Below are positions 38,589 to 50,401 of a stretch of 60,000 nt of DNA, piece after piece (positions within the stretch are counted from its first letter, which is position 1; each line of letters begins with the position of its first letter). The notes beneath the pieces were generated by a model that searched no databases, was not told where the DNA came from, and saw only the letters and a program-made list of their open reading frames with translations. Where the stretch lies: positions 8,000,001 through 8,060,000 of the forward strand of contig NC_086101.1 in assembly GCF_963921235.1 (NCBI RefSeq), read 5' to 3'. Source of the stretch: Mobula hypostoma (Eukaryota). The translations under genes were made by a program, and so were the position numbers.

Positions 38589-39095
38589 ATAGCTTGGAAA
38601 TAATTGTTTGAAAGTTTAATCACGGTGCTGATTTGTCATATATGCCTGGATTTCTTCACTGCTCCAGTCATGATGAAGTGTGGGGACAACTTCGCTCGCT
38701 ACTGCATCTCACAGCGCTGTGGAAAAGAGGAGAGAATTTCCTGATCGGAATGTAGAGCAGAGATTTCTGACCACATACCTCAAGACCTCTAGCCCAGAAT
38801 GCTCCAGAATTCAACCTGATTCAACCTGGTGGACGTGAGTAAACGTAACAACGATGAACACCGGGATGATTTGGAGCTGTTCTGAGGAACTGATGAGAAA
38901 CTGAACTGCGTGAGTTCTGTGATTATGCGGGAGCACAGAACACTGGTTAGTTCGGATTGAGGAAGCTGTTGAAATCCACAAGATAAAAGCCAGCAGATAC
39001 CGATCACCTCAATATATTTTTATAGTTCGTAGTCTAATTCTTAAATCGATTCCGAGAATCAGGTTGGGTTATCCTTGGAAACTCTCACAAACAGA
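38589..39095 (+). pseudogene. TRIM pseudogene (RING/B-box exon plus the start of the next exon)
   Basis: Reads ATA(<-ATG)..ESL..CHICLDFFTAPVMMKCGDNF..YCI..IS*SEC, then EH..LELF*GTDEKLNCV..REHR..EEAVEIHK. The donor is mutated (aag|ataaaa) and NQVGLSLETLTNR follows ag at 39057. Several stops are present. Confidence 0.85.
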
Positions 39096-39242
39096 TTGCT
39101 CGCCATCAAATATATCGACCCACGGCAGATACGGAAGAGTTTTGAAGTTCAAGTGCATTTTCCGACTTTCAGGTCCCTTGCACTGCTCGGTTTCCTTAAC
39201 CATCAATAATAACTTCAAATGCAATTTTATTGTTGCCATATA

Positions 39243-41116
39243 CATGCAGTGGCCATTTTATGAGGTACCTCCTGTAAAGTAGACACCGAGTGTTCGCTCA
39301 AGGAATCTTACTCCAGTAGCCCATCCACTTCAATGTTCGACGTGTTCTGCGTTCAGTTATGCTATTGTGCACGTCACTGTTGTAACGCGTCGAAAATTGA
39401 GATCAGGTTGCCTTCCTAACAGCGTAAACCAATCTGGCCATTGTCCTCCGGCGTGACACAAAATGTTGAAGGAATTCAGTACGTTAAGCAGTATCTATCA
39501 AACAGAATAAACAGTCGGGTCTTTTCGCTTTTCCTTTGGTGCTTTCTGACCTGCTGAGTTCCTCCATCATTTTCCGTGTGTTGCTTCGAATTCTAGCATC
39601 TGCAGATTTTCTTGTTTGTTTTCTCCTTTGGCCTCCCTCATTAATAAAGTGTTTTCGTCCACACAGCTGCCGGTCACTGGATGCTCTTCCGTTTTTGTTT
39701 GTTCGTTTTTTTGTTTACCGCACTATTCCCCGCAAACTCTAGAGACTGCTGTTTATTCCTGGAGATCTAGATATGCCTTCTTTCATAGAAACATAGAAAA
39801 TAGGTGCAGGAGTAGGCCATTCGGCCCTTCGAGCCTGCACCGCCATTTATTATGATCATGGCTGATCATCCAACTCAGAAACCTGCAGCAGCATTCCCTC
39901 CATACCCCCTGATCCCCGTAGCCACAAGGACCATATATAACTCCCTCTTAAATATAGCCAATGAACTGGCCTCAACTGTTACCTGTGGCAGAGAATTCCA
40001 CAGATTCACCACGCTCTGTGTGAAGAAGTTTTTCCTAATCTCGGTCCTAAAAGGCTTCCCCTTTATCCTCAAACTGTGACCCCTCGTTCTGGACTTCCCC
40101 AACATCAGGAACAATCTTCCTGCATCTAGCCTGTCCAATCCCTTTAGGATTTTATACGTTTCAATCAGATCCCCCCTCAATCTTCTAAATTCCAACGAGT
40201 ACAAGCCCAGTTCATCCAGTCTTTCTTCATATGAAAGTCCAGCCATCCCAGGAATCAATCTGGTGAACCTTCTTTGTACTCCCGCTGTGGCAAAGATGTC
40301 GTTCCTCAGATTAGGGGACCAAAACTGCACACAATACTCCAGGTGTGGTCTCACCAAGGCCTTGTATAACTGCAGTAGTACCTCCCTGCTCCTGCACTCG
40401 AATCCTCTCGCTATAAATGCCAGCATACCATTTGCCTTTTTCACCGCCTGCTGTACCTGCATGCCCACTTTCAATGACTGGTGTATAATGACACCCAGGT
40501 CTCGTTGCACCTCCCCTTTTCCTAATCGGCCACCATTCAGATAATAATCTGTTTTCCTATTTTTGCCACCAAAGTGGATAACTTCACATTTATCCACATT
40601 AAATTGCATCTGCCATGAATTTGCCCACTCACCCAACCTATCCAAGGCACCCTGCATCCTCTTAGCATCCTCCTCACAGCTAACACTGCCGCCCAGCTTC
40701 GTGTCATCCGCAAACTTGGAGATGCTGCATTTAATTCCCTCATCCAAGTCATTAATATATATTGTAAACAACTGGGGTCCCAGCACTGAGCCTTGCGGTA
40801 CCCCACTAGTCACTGCCTGCCATTCTGAAAAGGTCCCGTTTATTCCCACTCTTTGCTTCCTGTCTGCTAACCAATTCTCTATCCACATCAATACCTTACC
40901 CCCAATACCGTGTGCTTTAAGTTTGCACACTAATCTCCTGTGTGGGACCTTGTCAAAAACCTTTTCCCACTCCAATGTTTGGTCTAAACAAGAACTGAAC
41001 CTCTTGCACATGTCCGCATGCGTTTATGCATTGAGCTGCTGTCACTTGATTGGCTAATTAGATATTCCACTAACGAACAGGTGTAGAGGCGTACTCAATA
41101 AAGAGTCCACTGAGTG
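39243..41116. mobile_element. Tc1/mariner-like non-autonomous relic interrupted by Penelope-end fragments and a CR1
   Basis: Degenerate TIRs catgcagtggccattttatgaggtac and gtactcaataaagagtccactgagtg, each flanked by TA. Confidence 0.6.
39784..40965 (-). mobile_element. Young 5'-truncated CR1 with an open RT C-terminal frame
   Basis: ORF 39875..41011 is nearly identical to the C-terminus of 47466..50084; tail catagaaacatagaaa. Confidence 0.95.
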
Positions 41117-42107
41117 TAGATAGATTCGCAGAGCAATAGCGTGTCACAGCAGCAGCACAATACAGAATTATTGGCACAACATAGTGTACACTGAACTAAA
41201 TCGGTAATATTCATGTCTTTACCTTTCGTTTCACAGAAACAGTAAGTGGGCGTTGTAGGTTCTCAGTGAAAGCCCTATTAAACCCAATTGCATTTACACA
41301 CGGTGATTGTGTTTGATTGGCTGTGTGGGGAGCATTGTGTCAGTGTTTAGGAATTAATATTGGATTGCAGACCGTGGATCACGCAGCCGATTCATCCCGT
41401 TCACAACCATCTTGCGTTATTTGTCCCGTCAGCTTTTCAATATAGATGACTCATTCGATCGGACTGACCCTGGTCTCAGAGCATGCTTCAACAGCCAAAT
41501 CACATCGTGTTCACTCATAACGCTCTAAACGGCATTCTAAATAGAACCATGTGCATCAAAAATTTACCTACACGGTTTTATTTTCTATATTTTTTTATAA
41601 TCTGGTCATCAGTAAAGTCTATAATTTAACCATGTGTTCTATGCTCTTGGAGTATAATTATTTTCTACGTTGGTAAGTAGTAAAATGGTTTCATATTGCC
41701 AGATGTGGATAGGTACAGAGAAAATCGTTTAGTTTTACAGTCCTCCAAGTAATATCATTTTATTATAAAAGTGCATTGTGGTATTACAGGGCAAAGAATA
41801 ACAGAATGCAGAACGAACTGTTAAAGTTACAGGATTCAATGCAGGTAGGCAGTGGGACGCAAGGCCATAACAACGAACATTGTGGGTTCACGAATCCATG
41901 TTATCGTACTATGGGATCGTCCAATAGGTCTGATAAGAACTGGGAGGGAAGCTGGCCTTGAGCCTAGTCGTTCGTCATTTCTGGTTTTGGTATCTTCTCC
42001 CATATGGGAATAAGGAGATGATCCCCAAATTCCGCTTTGTACATTGATTGAAAATGAAATAAAGTCCAAAGGGGGAAATAAAGCATAATGAAAATTAAGT
42101 CATCACA

Positions 42108-42745
42108 CACCGGCCAGGCAGCATTTATAGAAAAGAAAAGTACAGTCGACGTTTCCGGAGGAAACCCTTCGGCAGGACTGAAGGAAAAAAAATGAAGAGT
42201 AGTTTGAAAGGTGGGGGGAGGGGAGAGAGAAATTCCAGGCGATAGGTGAGACCTGGAGAGGGAGGGATGAAGCAATGATCCAGGTGAGACTTGGAGAGGA
42301 GGGATGAAGCAATGATCCAGGTGAGACTTGGAGAGGAGGGATGAAGCAATGATCCAGGTGAGACTTGGAGAGGGAGGGATGAAGCAATGATCCAGGTGAG
42401 ACTTGGAGAGGAGGGATGAAGCAATGATCCAGGTGAGACTTGGAGAGGAGGGATGAAGCAATGATCCAGGTGAGACTTGGAGAGGAGGGATGAAGCAATG
42501 ATCCAGGTGAAACCTGGAGAAGGAGGGATGAAGCAATGAGCTAGGAAGTTGATTCGTGAAAGAGACAGAAGGCCATGGAAGAAAGAAAAAAAAGTGGGGT
42601 GGGGGAGGCACCAGAGGGAGGCGATGGGTGAACAAGGAGATAACATGAGAGAGGGACAAGGGGATGGCGAATGATGAAGGAGGGGGAAAGCATTATTGGA
42701 AGTTTGAGAAATCGATGTTCATGCCATCAGGTTGGAGGCTACCTC
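42108..42745 (-). mobile_element. Penelope 3' fragment with a variant hammerhead (CUGCCGA) and an internal minisatellite
   Basis: Antisense SLQPDGMNIDFSNF at about 42700-42742; the hammerhead-like motif is at 42143-42180. Confidence 0.85.
42244..42539. repeat. Minisatellite, about 8 copies of a 37-38 bp unit
   Basis: The unit gatccaggtgagacttggagaggagggatgaagcaat starts at 42277, 42314, 42351, 42389, 42426, 42463 and 42500, plus a partial first copy. Confidence 0.95.
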
Positions 42746-43794
42746 CATCGAATTCTCAATGTAATACCTCCGCTAAGTGGAGCTTATTGGAGCTAAGTGG
42801 CAGCTCCTTTTCCTTCTGCACTACAATGAGCACGGCCCACCCTGTCCAAAGAATCCTTATGACTCAACACGTCCAATCTCGGCATCGCCGTTGTTTACGT
42901 TTGCTGCAACATTTATAATTTAATTTCTTCCTTTCTCTAGCGTGACGACCGTGGTGCACACCGTGCTCTTACGTGCGGTCTCTGAAACACCTTGTTACAT
43001 GACGCCCAAGATTTTGTACTCAGTGCCATGCCCAAGAAGACTAGTATCCGAAAGCACCGTTTTCACAATCCTGTCTACCGTGTCGCCAAGGTCAAGAAAC
43101 TAACCTTTATCACCACTAGGTGTCTCTGATCTACAACAATCTTCAGGGCCCTGTCTTTTACTGTCAAAATCCTCGTCTGTTCGCCCTCCGATAAGGTAGC
43201 AATTCTCACTTCACCAGTTCAATCCCACCTGCAGTTCCTTGGCCAAATTCTCAGATAATATAGATCATTTTGACACCACAGGGATCCTTACTCAGAGTCC
43301 AACCTACCGCTAATTTTCTTGAGGTCCCGTACGGACTTCATTTAATCGTTATTTCTTTCATAACAAAGACAAATATTCAGCAGATCGTAGAGCCTACGTC
43401 GTCGGAGAAACCAGGTCTGCGCTTCAGGTTAACGGCGTTTCATATTGGAAGCAAGAGTTAGAATTAAGCGTTTTTTTCCCTCTTGTATAAGGTAAGGATG
43501 GGGAGGGGCATAGAGAACTTCTCAATGGAAACGCATGTGCTTGGCTGGAGTCCAACAGATTTTGTTTGGCGCAAGTGTAGTGGTTGGCTTGAAGGAGAAG
43601 AAGAGGGTCGTCTGGATAAGTTGCTATAAAGTGTGTGGCATGATATCAGAAAGTACATGGTTGGTAAAATACCACTAAATTTCGAGATACAATTAACGCT
43701 TGGCGGACTGAGATAGTTGGAAAGTGTTCCCAGAAACAGAGGGGTTCCATGTGGCAATACAGGAACAGGTGGATAACACAAAAAAAAACAGGCA

Positions 43795-44470
43795 TTCATA
43801 ATTCAACAAATTCAATAAAATAAATGCTGAAGTACCAAGAGAAACCAGAAACAGTCCAGCACATTATAGAATCGTGCAACAGTTTAATTGAATCTGATTA
43901 CTCACACAAGCACAATCTAGTGGCAGACATCATTCTCCAAAAACTTGCTTTAAAGTACAAACTCATAAAAGCAACATACCTTACTAAAAATACACGTCTG
44001 ATCAAGTTTTACAGTCAGGGTCCTACAAAGTATATTACGACTCATCCATTATTACAGATAAGACAATCTACACTAAACCGTTCAGATTAAATATATTAGA
44101 GGTTAAACAAGCAAGAGCAACTTGCGCATAAGATATAACAATTCAAAGCAGTTAACTTACAGAAATCAGTAAGTGAAAAACACAAGAAATATGTTGAAAT
44201 AAAAGAGGAGTCTGAATGATATGGAACATGAAAGGGGTATACATTGTCCCAATAGTAATATTCAGAAATGGTATCATTCCAAAGTTAGTACACAAGAACA
44301 TTAAGCAATTAGGCCGACACAGCAATATTTATGTAAATCTCCAGAAAGCCACAATAGTCCAAAAGTTCCTCGCAACTGAAAAACGAGTTACTTGGCTATT
44401 CTTGTAGTCCACGCTTTACCAACCTGAGCTGAGAAAAATAATAAGAATAGCAATAAATAAGTAATAATTA
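43795..44470 (+). mobile_element. R4/Dong-like non-LTR element 3' fragment (restriction-like endonuclease region)
   Basis: ETVQHIIESC..DY..KHN..VA, NRSD(I), EK..KY, IVPIVI..GIIPK and LQKA; ends in a degenerate (taa)n tail. Confidence 0.7.
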
Positions 44471-47071
44471 TTGAGGTCACGAGTTACTGAAAGTGAGGAC
44501 CGCTCTTCTCATCCACCTCTCTAGCTGTTTACACTATTGGACGTCTTCTCCTCGGTTTCATTGATTTGCGGAGGTTTTTCAACGCAAACAGCTGAATTAA
44601 GTATTTATTGAAAATTCGCCGACATGAACATTTGCTTGGACATTATCACAAACACGAGAGAATTTGCAGATGCTGGAAAATACATAGCAACTGTCACGCA
44701 CCCCGTGACGGGACACTTGAATGGTGTCCTTCACAGCAAAAAGTACTAAGTGTATCCCCTCATCCCAATCCTTGTCATTCTCATGGCAGTAGGTCTTAAT
44801 CATAGTTTCTAAAGTGGAATGAAACCTCTCCAGAGCCCCTTGAGATTCCGGGTGGTAGGCAGATGACACAATCTGTTGAGCTCCCAGCTCAGACACTACT
44901 TGCTGGAACATGTTTGAAGTGAAGTTGCTACCCTGGTCAGATTGAATTTCTTTAGGTAAACCTACCAGTGCGAAAAACTTGCTGCGTACTTTTACCACAG
45001 TCTTGGCCTAGATGTTTCTGAGAGGCACAGCTTCCGGGAACCTAGATGCAGCGGACATTATTGTTAACAAATACTGATGACCAGCTGCAGTCTTTGGCAA
45101 AGGTCCTACACAATCCACTATGACCCTGGAAAAAGGTTCACCAAATAAATAAAAGGTTCATCATCATCTCTGGGCGGGTCCTCAGCAGCATTAGGCCTAC
45201 CTGTGAGCTGAACTGCTGGGTAAACATCCCCACCTGGAAGGTCATTACCGAGTAAGACATCAACATGGTCTATCGGTAGTTCAGATCGGACCCCTATTAT
45301 GACTGGTTTCGATACCAAGTCACATTTCAAGATTTTCTTACGCAAAGGCACGGCCTCTGTTCCATTTCCAAAGCCCTTAATGATTTTTTACTGCCCCACT
45401 CTCCGTCTCAGCATCAAATTCCAAGGCATTCTTTAATATCATTGACTGGAAAGCTCCAGTATCTCTCCAGATTCTTACTGGAACTGGATTTGACCCTTCC
45501 TTCACAGACACAAACCCTTCTGAAATAAGTCTCTCGAGTCCCTCCTGAACTCGGTTCGACCCCTCCTTCTTCAGCGGTGTTTTAGCCGTCTGAACGCAGG
45601 CAGTTGTGGTTTTCTCTTTCTCCTTTCCTTTTCCCCTTTTCATAGCAAAACAATTTGTCTCCACATGGCCAGGTTTTCCACAAGAGTAACACTTAAAATT
45701 GGGAAATTTTCTCCTCGACTGTTCCCCTTCCTCCTTATTTTTATCAGTAATCCCCGGTTTACTCTCTGGTTTAGCCGGTGGATTATCTCTACTCCCTTGT
45801 GAGTTAATCTTAGTGGGGGAAAACTTAACTTTATGAGTTAGGGCATATTCGTCTGCTAACTTAGCAGATTCTGACAATGTCGCCGCCCCTTTTCCATCTA
45901 AGTGCGTCCTTATCTCAGCCGAGACGCAGTTTTTAAACTCTTCTATCAATATCAACTCCTTCAAGTTGCCAATATCCTCAACAACACTGACCTCACCAAT
46001 TTCCAGTTCATGACCAACTTTTAAAACATGGTGTAATACAAGTGTAAACACAAAATAAACTGCTGAATTCCTCCAGCTTGCTGTGAGTCTAATACAAATG
46101 ACTGCGAATCCTCACATTCCACTGGTTCCAAGGTTAACACCTTACTCACTGAACAAAGTCCATCTGACACAAAAGGACTGCATTCCCTTTCAACCGCGTC
46201 AGACACCTCAGACCTTAACTGAGTTTCAACACAAGGCTCAGTACCCTGTGAATCCACAGGTATTTCAACAACCTGAACACAGGCAATCGGGACAGCTAAC
46301 TCTTCTAGGCCTTCATCACTAGTCGCAGTTTCAAATTCCAGGTTACACTGATCCTCCCAGCTACTCCCTGGCAAACTCTCATCCGGAGTTAACTCAACCT
46401 CGTGGGTTAAAACTTCTTCGTCTGGTTTCTCAACAGACCCCTGCAGGGTAGGGGCATCCTCTGCCGCAGGATATGCCCTTACCTCATCAGGAACACAACT
46501 TTTAAATTCATCACACAAAACTAGACCTTCCGAGCTGTAAAAATCACCAGGGACCGACTCTAAACCTCTTTGCTGCAACCTCTCCCTTTTAAACTGTCTC
46601 TGTCTTTCTGCCACGTGATCTTCACGTTGCCATTTCTCCCTTTCGAGCTGTCTCTGTATTTCTGCCTCTTCTCTCTATTTCTCTGCCTCTTTAGCCTCTC
46701 CCTCGAGCTGTTTTAACTTCAATTTTTGCTCCCTTCTTAATTTTTCCAACTGAAGCTGAAACGCCTCCTCAGCAGATTCACCTTCCACGAACAACTCTAA
46801 CGCCTCCTTCCTCAAACATTCCCTTGGCTACATAATGCTGGACTATTAACATCTGTATCTGAATTTTCCTCATTTTAGTGTTCACCTTTAGTTTTAACTT
46901 TTGAGCAATTCCGAACAGCAAATCCCTCTTAGCATCCTCCAACGGCTCAGGGGTTGGTTCTGCCATAAACTTATTAACTTCAAACTCCATTTCTGCTGAT
47001 ACTCCATACAACCAAATCACAAGGAAATTTGCCCAATCAATTCAAACTAGCCTCCCGACCAACTTGTTCAT

Positions 47072-47090
47072 ATCGCGGACGCAGGCCCCA
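47072..47090 (-). promoter_or_regulatory. Degenerate primer-binding site, tRNA-Pro-like
   Basis: The minus strand reads TGGGGCCTGCGTCCGCGAT 4 nt inside the LTR end, versus the canonical TGGGGGCTCGTCCGGGAT. Confidence 0.7.
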
Positions 47091-47456
47091 ATTTTGTCAC
47101 GTACCCCGTGACGGGAATAAAGAACCAGCAGAAATAGAAACCACTTAGGAGTCTAGTATTGCTATAAACTAATATTATTTATTAATATCTACGCAATACT
47201 GTAAACTAAGTGAAGATAAATCAAACAGGTTAGCAAGAATTATATATATAAGTAAGTAAATTAGTAAGTGTGGAAAAATATGTATGAAAAACTAAGCTTC
47301 TTTAAGTCTCGGGGTAAAAAGATACAGTCTTACGATGTTGAGTAAAGTTCAGTTCAGTTCGTGGTATTTAGTTGAATAGCGATGGAGAGAGAGAGAGAGA
47401 GAGTTGAGTCTTCAGATGAGCTGTTGCCGTCGATTCTTCTCGTCGTCCTCCGAAAT

Positions 47457-50173
47457 GGACGATGAGTGGCGTTGCTGGTTAAAAAAGAGATTAACGCAAT
47501 AGAAAGGAAGGACATAAGCCGGGAAGATGTGGAATCGATATGGGTAGAGCTGCGTAACACTAAGGGGCAGAAGACGCTGGTGGGAGTTGTGTACAGGCCA
47601 CCTAACAGTAGTAATGAGGTCGGAGATGGTATTAAACAGGAAATTAGAAATGTGTGCAATAAAGGAACAGCAGTTATAATGGGTGACTTCAATCTACATG
47701 TAGACTGGGTGAACCAAATTGGTAAAGGTGCTGAGGAAGAGGATTTCTTGGAATGTATGCGGGATGGTTTTTTGAACCAACATGTCGAGGAACCGACTAG
47801 AGAGCAGGCTATTCTGGACTGGGTTTTGAGCAATGCGGAAGGGTTAATTAGCGATCTTGTTGTGAGAGGCCCCTTGGGTAAGAGTGACCATAATATGGTG
47901 GAATTCTTCATTAACATGGAGAGTGACATAGTTAATTCAGAAACAAAGGTTCTGAACTTAAAGAGGGGTAACTTTGAAGGTATGAGTCGTGAATTAGCTA
48001 AGATAGACTGGCAAATGACACTTAAAGGATTGACGGTGGATATGCAATGGCAGGCATTTAAAGGTTGCATGGATGAACTACAACAATTGTTCATCCCAGT
48101 TTGGCAAAAGAATAAATCAAGGAAGGTAGTGCACCCGTGGCTGACAAGAGAAATTAGGGATAGTATCAATTCCAAAGAAGTAGCATACAAATTAGCCAGA
48201 GAAAGTGGCTCACCTGAGGACTGGGAGAAATTCAGAGTTCAGCAGAGGAGGACAAAGGGCTTAATTAGGAAGGGGAAAAAAGATTATGAGAGAAAACTGG
48301 CAGAGAACATAAAAACGGACTGTAAAAGCTTTTATAGATATGTAAAAAGGAAAAGACTGATAAAGACAAATGTAGGTCCCCTGCAGACAGAAACAGGTGA
48401 ATTGATTATGGGGAGCAAGGACATGGCAGACCAATTGAATAATTACTTTGGTTCTGTCTTCACTAAGGAGGACATAAATAATCTTCCAGAAATACTAAGG
48501 GACAGAGGGTCCAGTGAGATGGAGGAACTGAGTGAAATACATGTTAGTAGGGAAGTGGTGTTAGGTAAATTGAAGGGATTGAAGGCAGATAAATCCCCAG
48601 GGCCAGATGGTCTGCATCCCAGAGTGCTTAAGCAAGTAGCCCAAGAAATAGTGGATGCATTAGTGATAATTTTTCAAAACTCGTTAGATTCTGGACTAGT
48701 TCCTGAGGATTGGAGGGTGGTTAATGTAACCCCACTTTTTAAAAAAGGAGGGAGAGAGAAACCGGGGAATTATAGGCCGATTAGCCTGACGTCGGTGGTG
48801 GGGAAACTGCTGGAGTCGGTTATCAAGGATGTGATAACAGCACATTTGGAAAGCGGTGAAATGATCAGACAAAGTCAGCATGGATTTGTGAAAGGAAAAT
48901 CATGTCTGACGAATCTCATAGAATTTTTTGAGGATGTAACTAGTAGAGTGGATAGGGGAGAACCAGTGGATGTGGTATATTTGGATTTTCAAAAGGCTTT
49001 TGACAAGGTCCCACACAGGAGATTAGTGTGCAAACTTAAAGCACACGGTATTGGGGGTAAGGTATTGGTGTGGGTGGAGAATTGGTTAGCAGACAGGAAG
49101 CAAAGAGTGGGAATAAACGGGACCTTTTCAGAATGGCAGGCGGTGACTAGTGGGGTACCGCAAGGCTCAGTGCTGGTACCCCAGTTGTTTACAATATATA
49201 TTAATGACTTGGATGAGGGAATTAAATGCAGCATCTCCAAGTTTGCGGATGACACGAAGCTGGGTGGCAGTGTTAGCAGTGAGGAGGATGCTAAGAGGAT
49301 GCAGGGTGAATTGGATAGGTTGGGTGAGTGGGCTAACTCGTGGCAGATGCAATTTAATGTGGATAAATGTGAAGTTATCCACTTTGGTGGCAAAAATAGG
49401 AAAACAGATTATTATCTGAATGGTGGCCGATTAGGAAAAGGGGAGGTGCAACGAGACCTGGGTGTCATTATACACCAGTCATTGAAAGTGGGCATGCAGG
49501 TACAGCAGGCGGTGAAAAAGGCGAACGGTATGCTGGCATTTATAGCGAGAGGATTCGAGTACAGGAGCAGGGAGGTACTACTGCAGTTGTACAAGGCCTT
49601 GGTGAGACCACACCTGGAGTATTGTGTGCAGTTTTGGTCCCCTAATCTGAGGAAAGACATCTTTGCCATAGAGGGAGTACAAAGAAGGTTCACCAGATTG
49701 ATTCCGGGGATGGCAGGTCTTTCATATGAAGAAAGACTGGATGAACTGGGCTTGTACTCGTTGGAATTTAGAAGATTGAGGGGGGATCTGATTGAAACGT
49801 ATAAGATCCTAAAGGGATTGGACAGGCTAGATGCGGGAAGATTGTTCCCGATGTTGGGGAGGTCCAGAACGAGGGGTCACAGTTTGAGGATAGAGGGGAA
49901 GCCTTTTAGGACCGAGATTAGGAAAAACTTCTTCACACAGAGAGTGGTGAATCTGTGGAATTCTCTGCCACAGCAAACTGTTGAGTCCAGTTCATTAGCT
50001 ATGTTTAAAAGGAAGTTAGATATGGCCCTTGTGGCTACAGGGGTCAGGGGGTATGGAGGGAAGGCTGGGTTCTGTGTTGGATGATCAGCCATGATCATAA
50101 TAAATGGCGGTGCAGGCTCGAAGGGCCGAACGGCCTACTCCTGCACCTATTTTCTATGTTTCTATGTTTCTAT
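47457..50173 (+). mobile_element. Young CR1 LINE, 5'-truncated within the endonuclease, with an uninterrupted 872-codon ORF2 (47466..50084)
   Basis: YRPP, GDFN, SDHN, QHGF, GVPQGS and FADD motifs; tail (tttctatg)x3; candidate TSD gaaat (47452-47456 and 50174-50178). Confidence 0.96.
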
Positions 50174-50401
50174 GAAATCCTTTACAAGTCACCGACTGTG
50201 ACTTTAACAACAAAGGGGACCGTACTTTGGTGTGGTGACGCTGTCTACCCAGGCCAGAGTCGGACACATGGACAACTCCCCACCGGTCTTGCCTTTGAAT
50301 TTTCATTGGCAGAGGACTTGGATCAATCCGCCTGATCGATCGTACAAAACCCACTTCCTCTGCGGGCACAACAATGAGGAGCACTGCTGGCTCCCCTCAC
50401 A

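Larger units (their letters stand above)
44692..50401 (-). mobile_element. Gmr1-like Ty3/Gypsy LTR retrotransposon, deleted: gag, protease and integrase remnants; 5' LTR 47095-50401 split by a CR1; only 22 bp of the 3' LTR remain
   Basis: TSD caac (44688-44691 and 50402-50405); tgtcacgYaccccgtgacggga at both 44692 and 47095; CCHC knuckle CYSCGKPGHVETNC; protease DTGA and LLGNDL; integrase SDQGSNF and AYHPESQGALERFH. Confidence 0.88.

Noticed and set aside
42244..42539. CRISPR-like array of 37-bp repeats
   Set aside because: The units are head-to-tail with no unique spacers, there are no cas genes, and the context is vertebrate; it is a minisatellite.
41964..42659. Long repetitive ORFs in three minus-strand frames
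   Set aside because: They are a by-product of a stop-free tandem repeat inside a Penelope UTR.
47354..48190. 278-aa antisense ORF and similar ones (14579..15022, 16297..16932, 40563..41057)
   Set aside because: They are shadow frames opposite CR1 ORF2 and recur only because the element is repeated.
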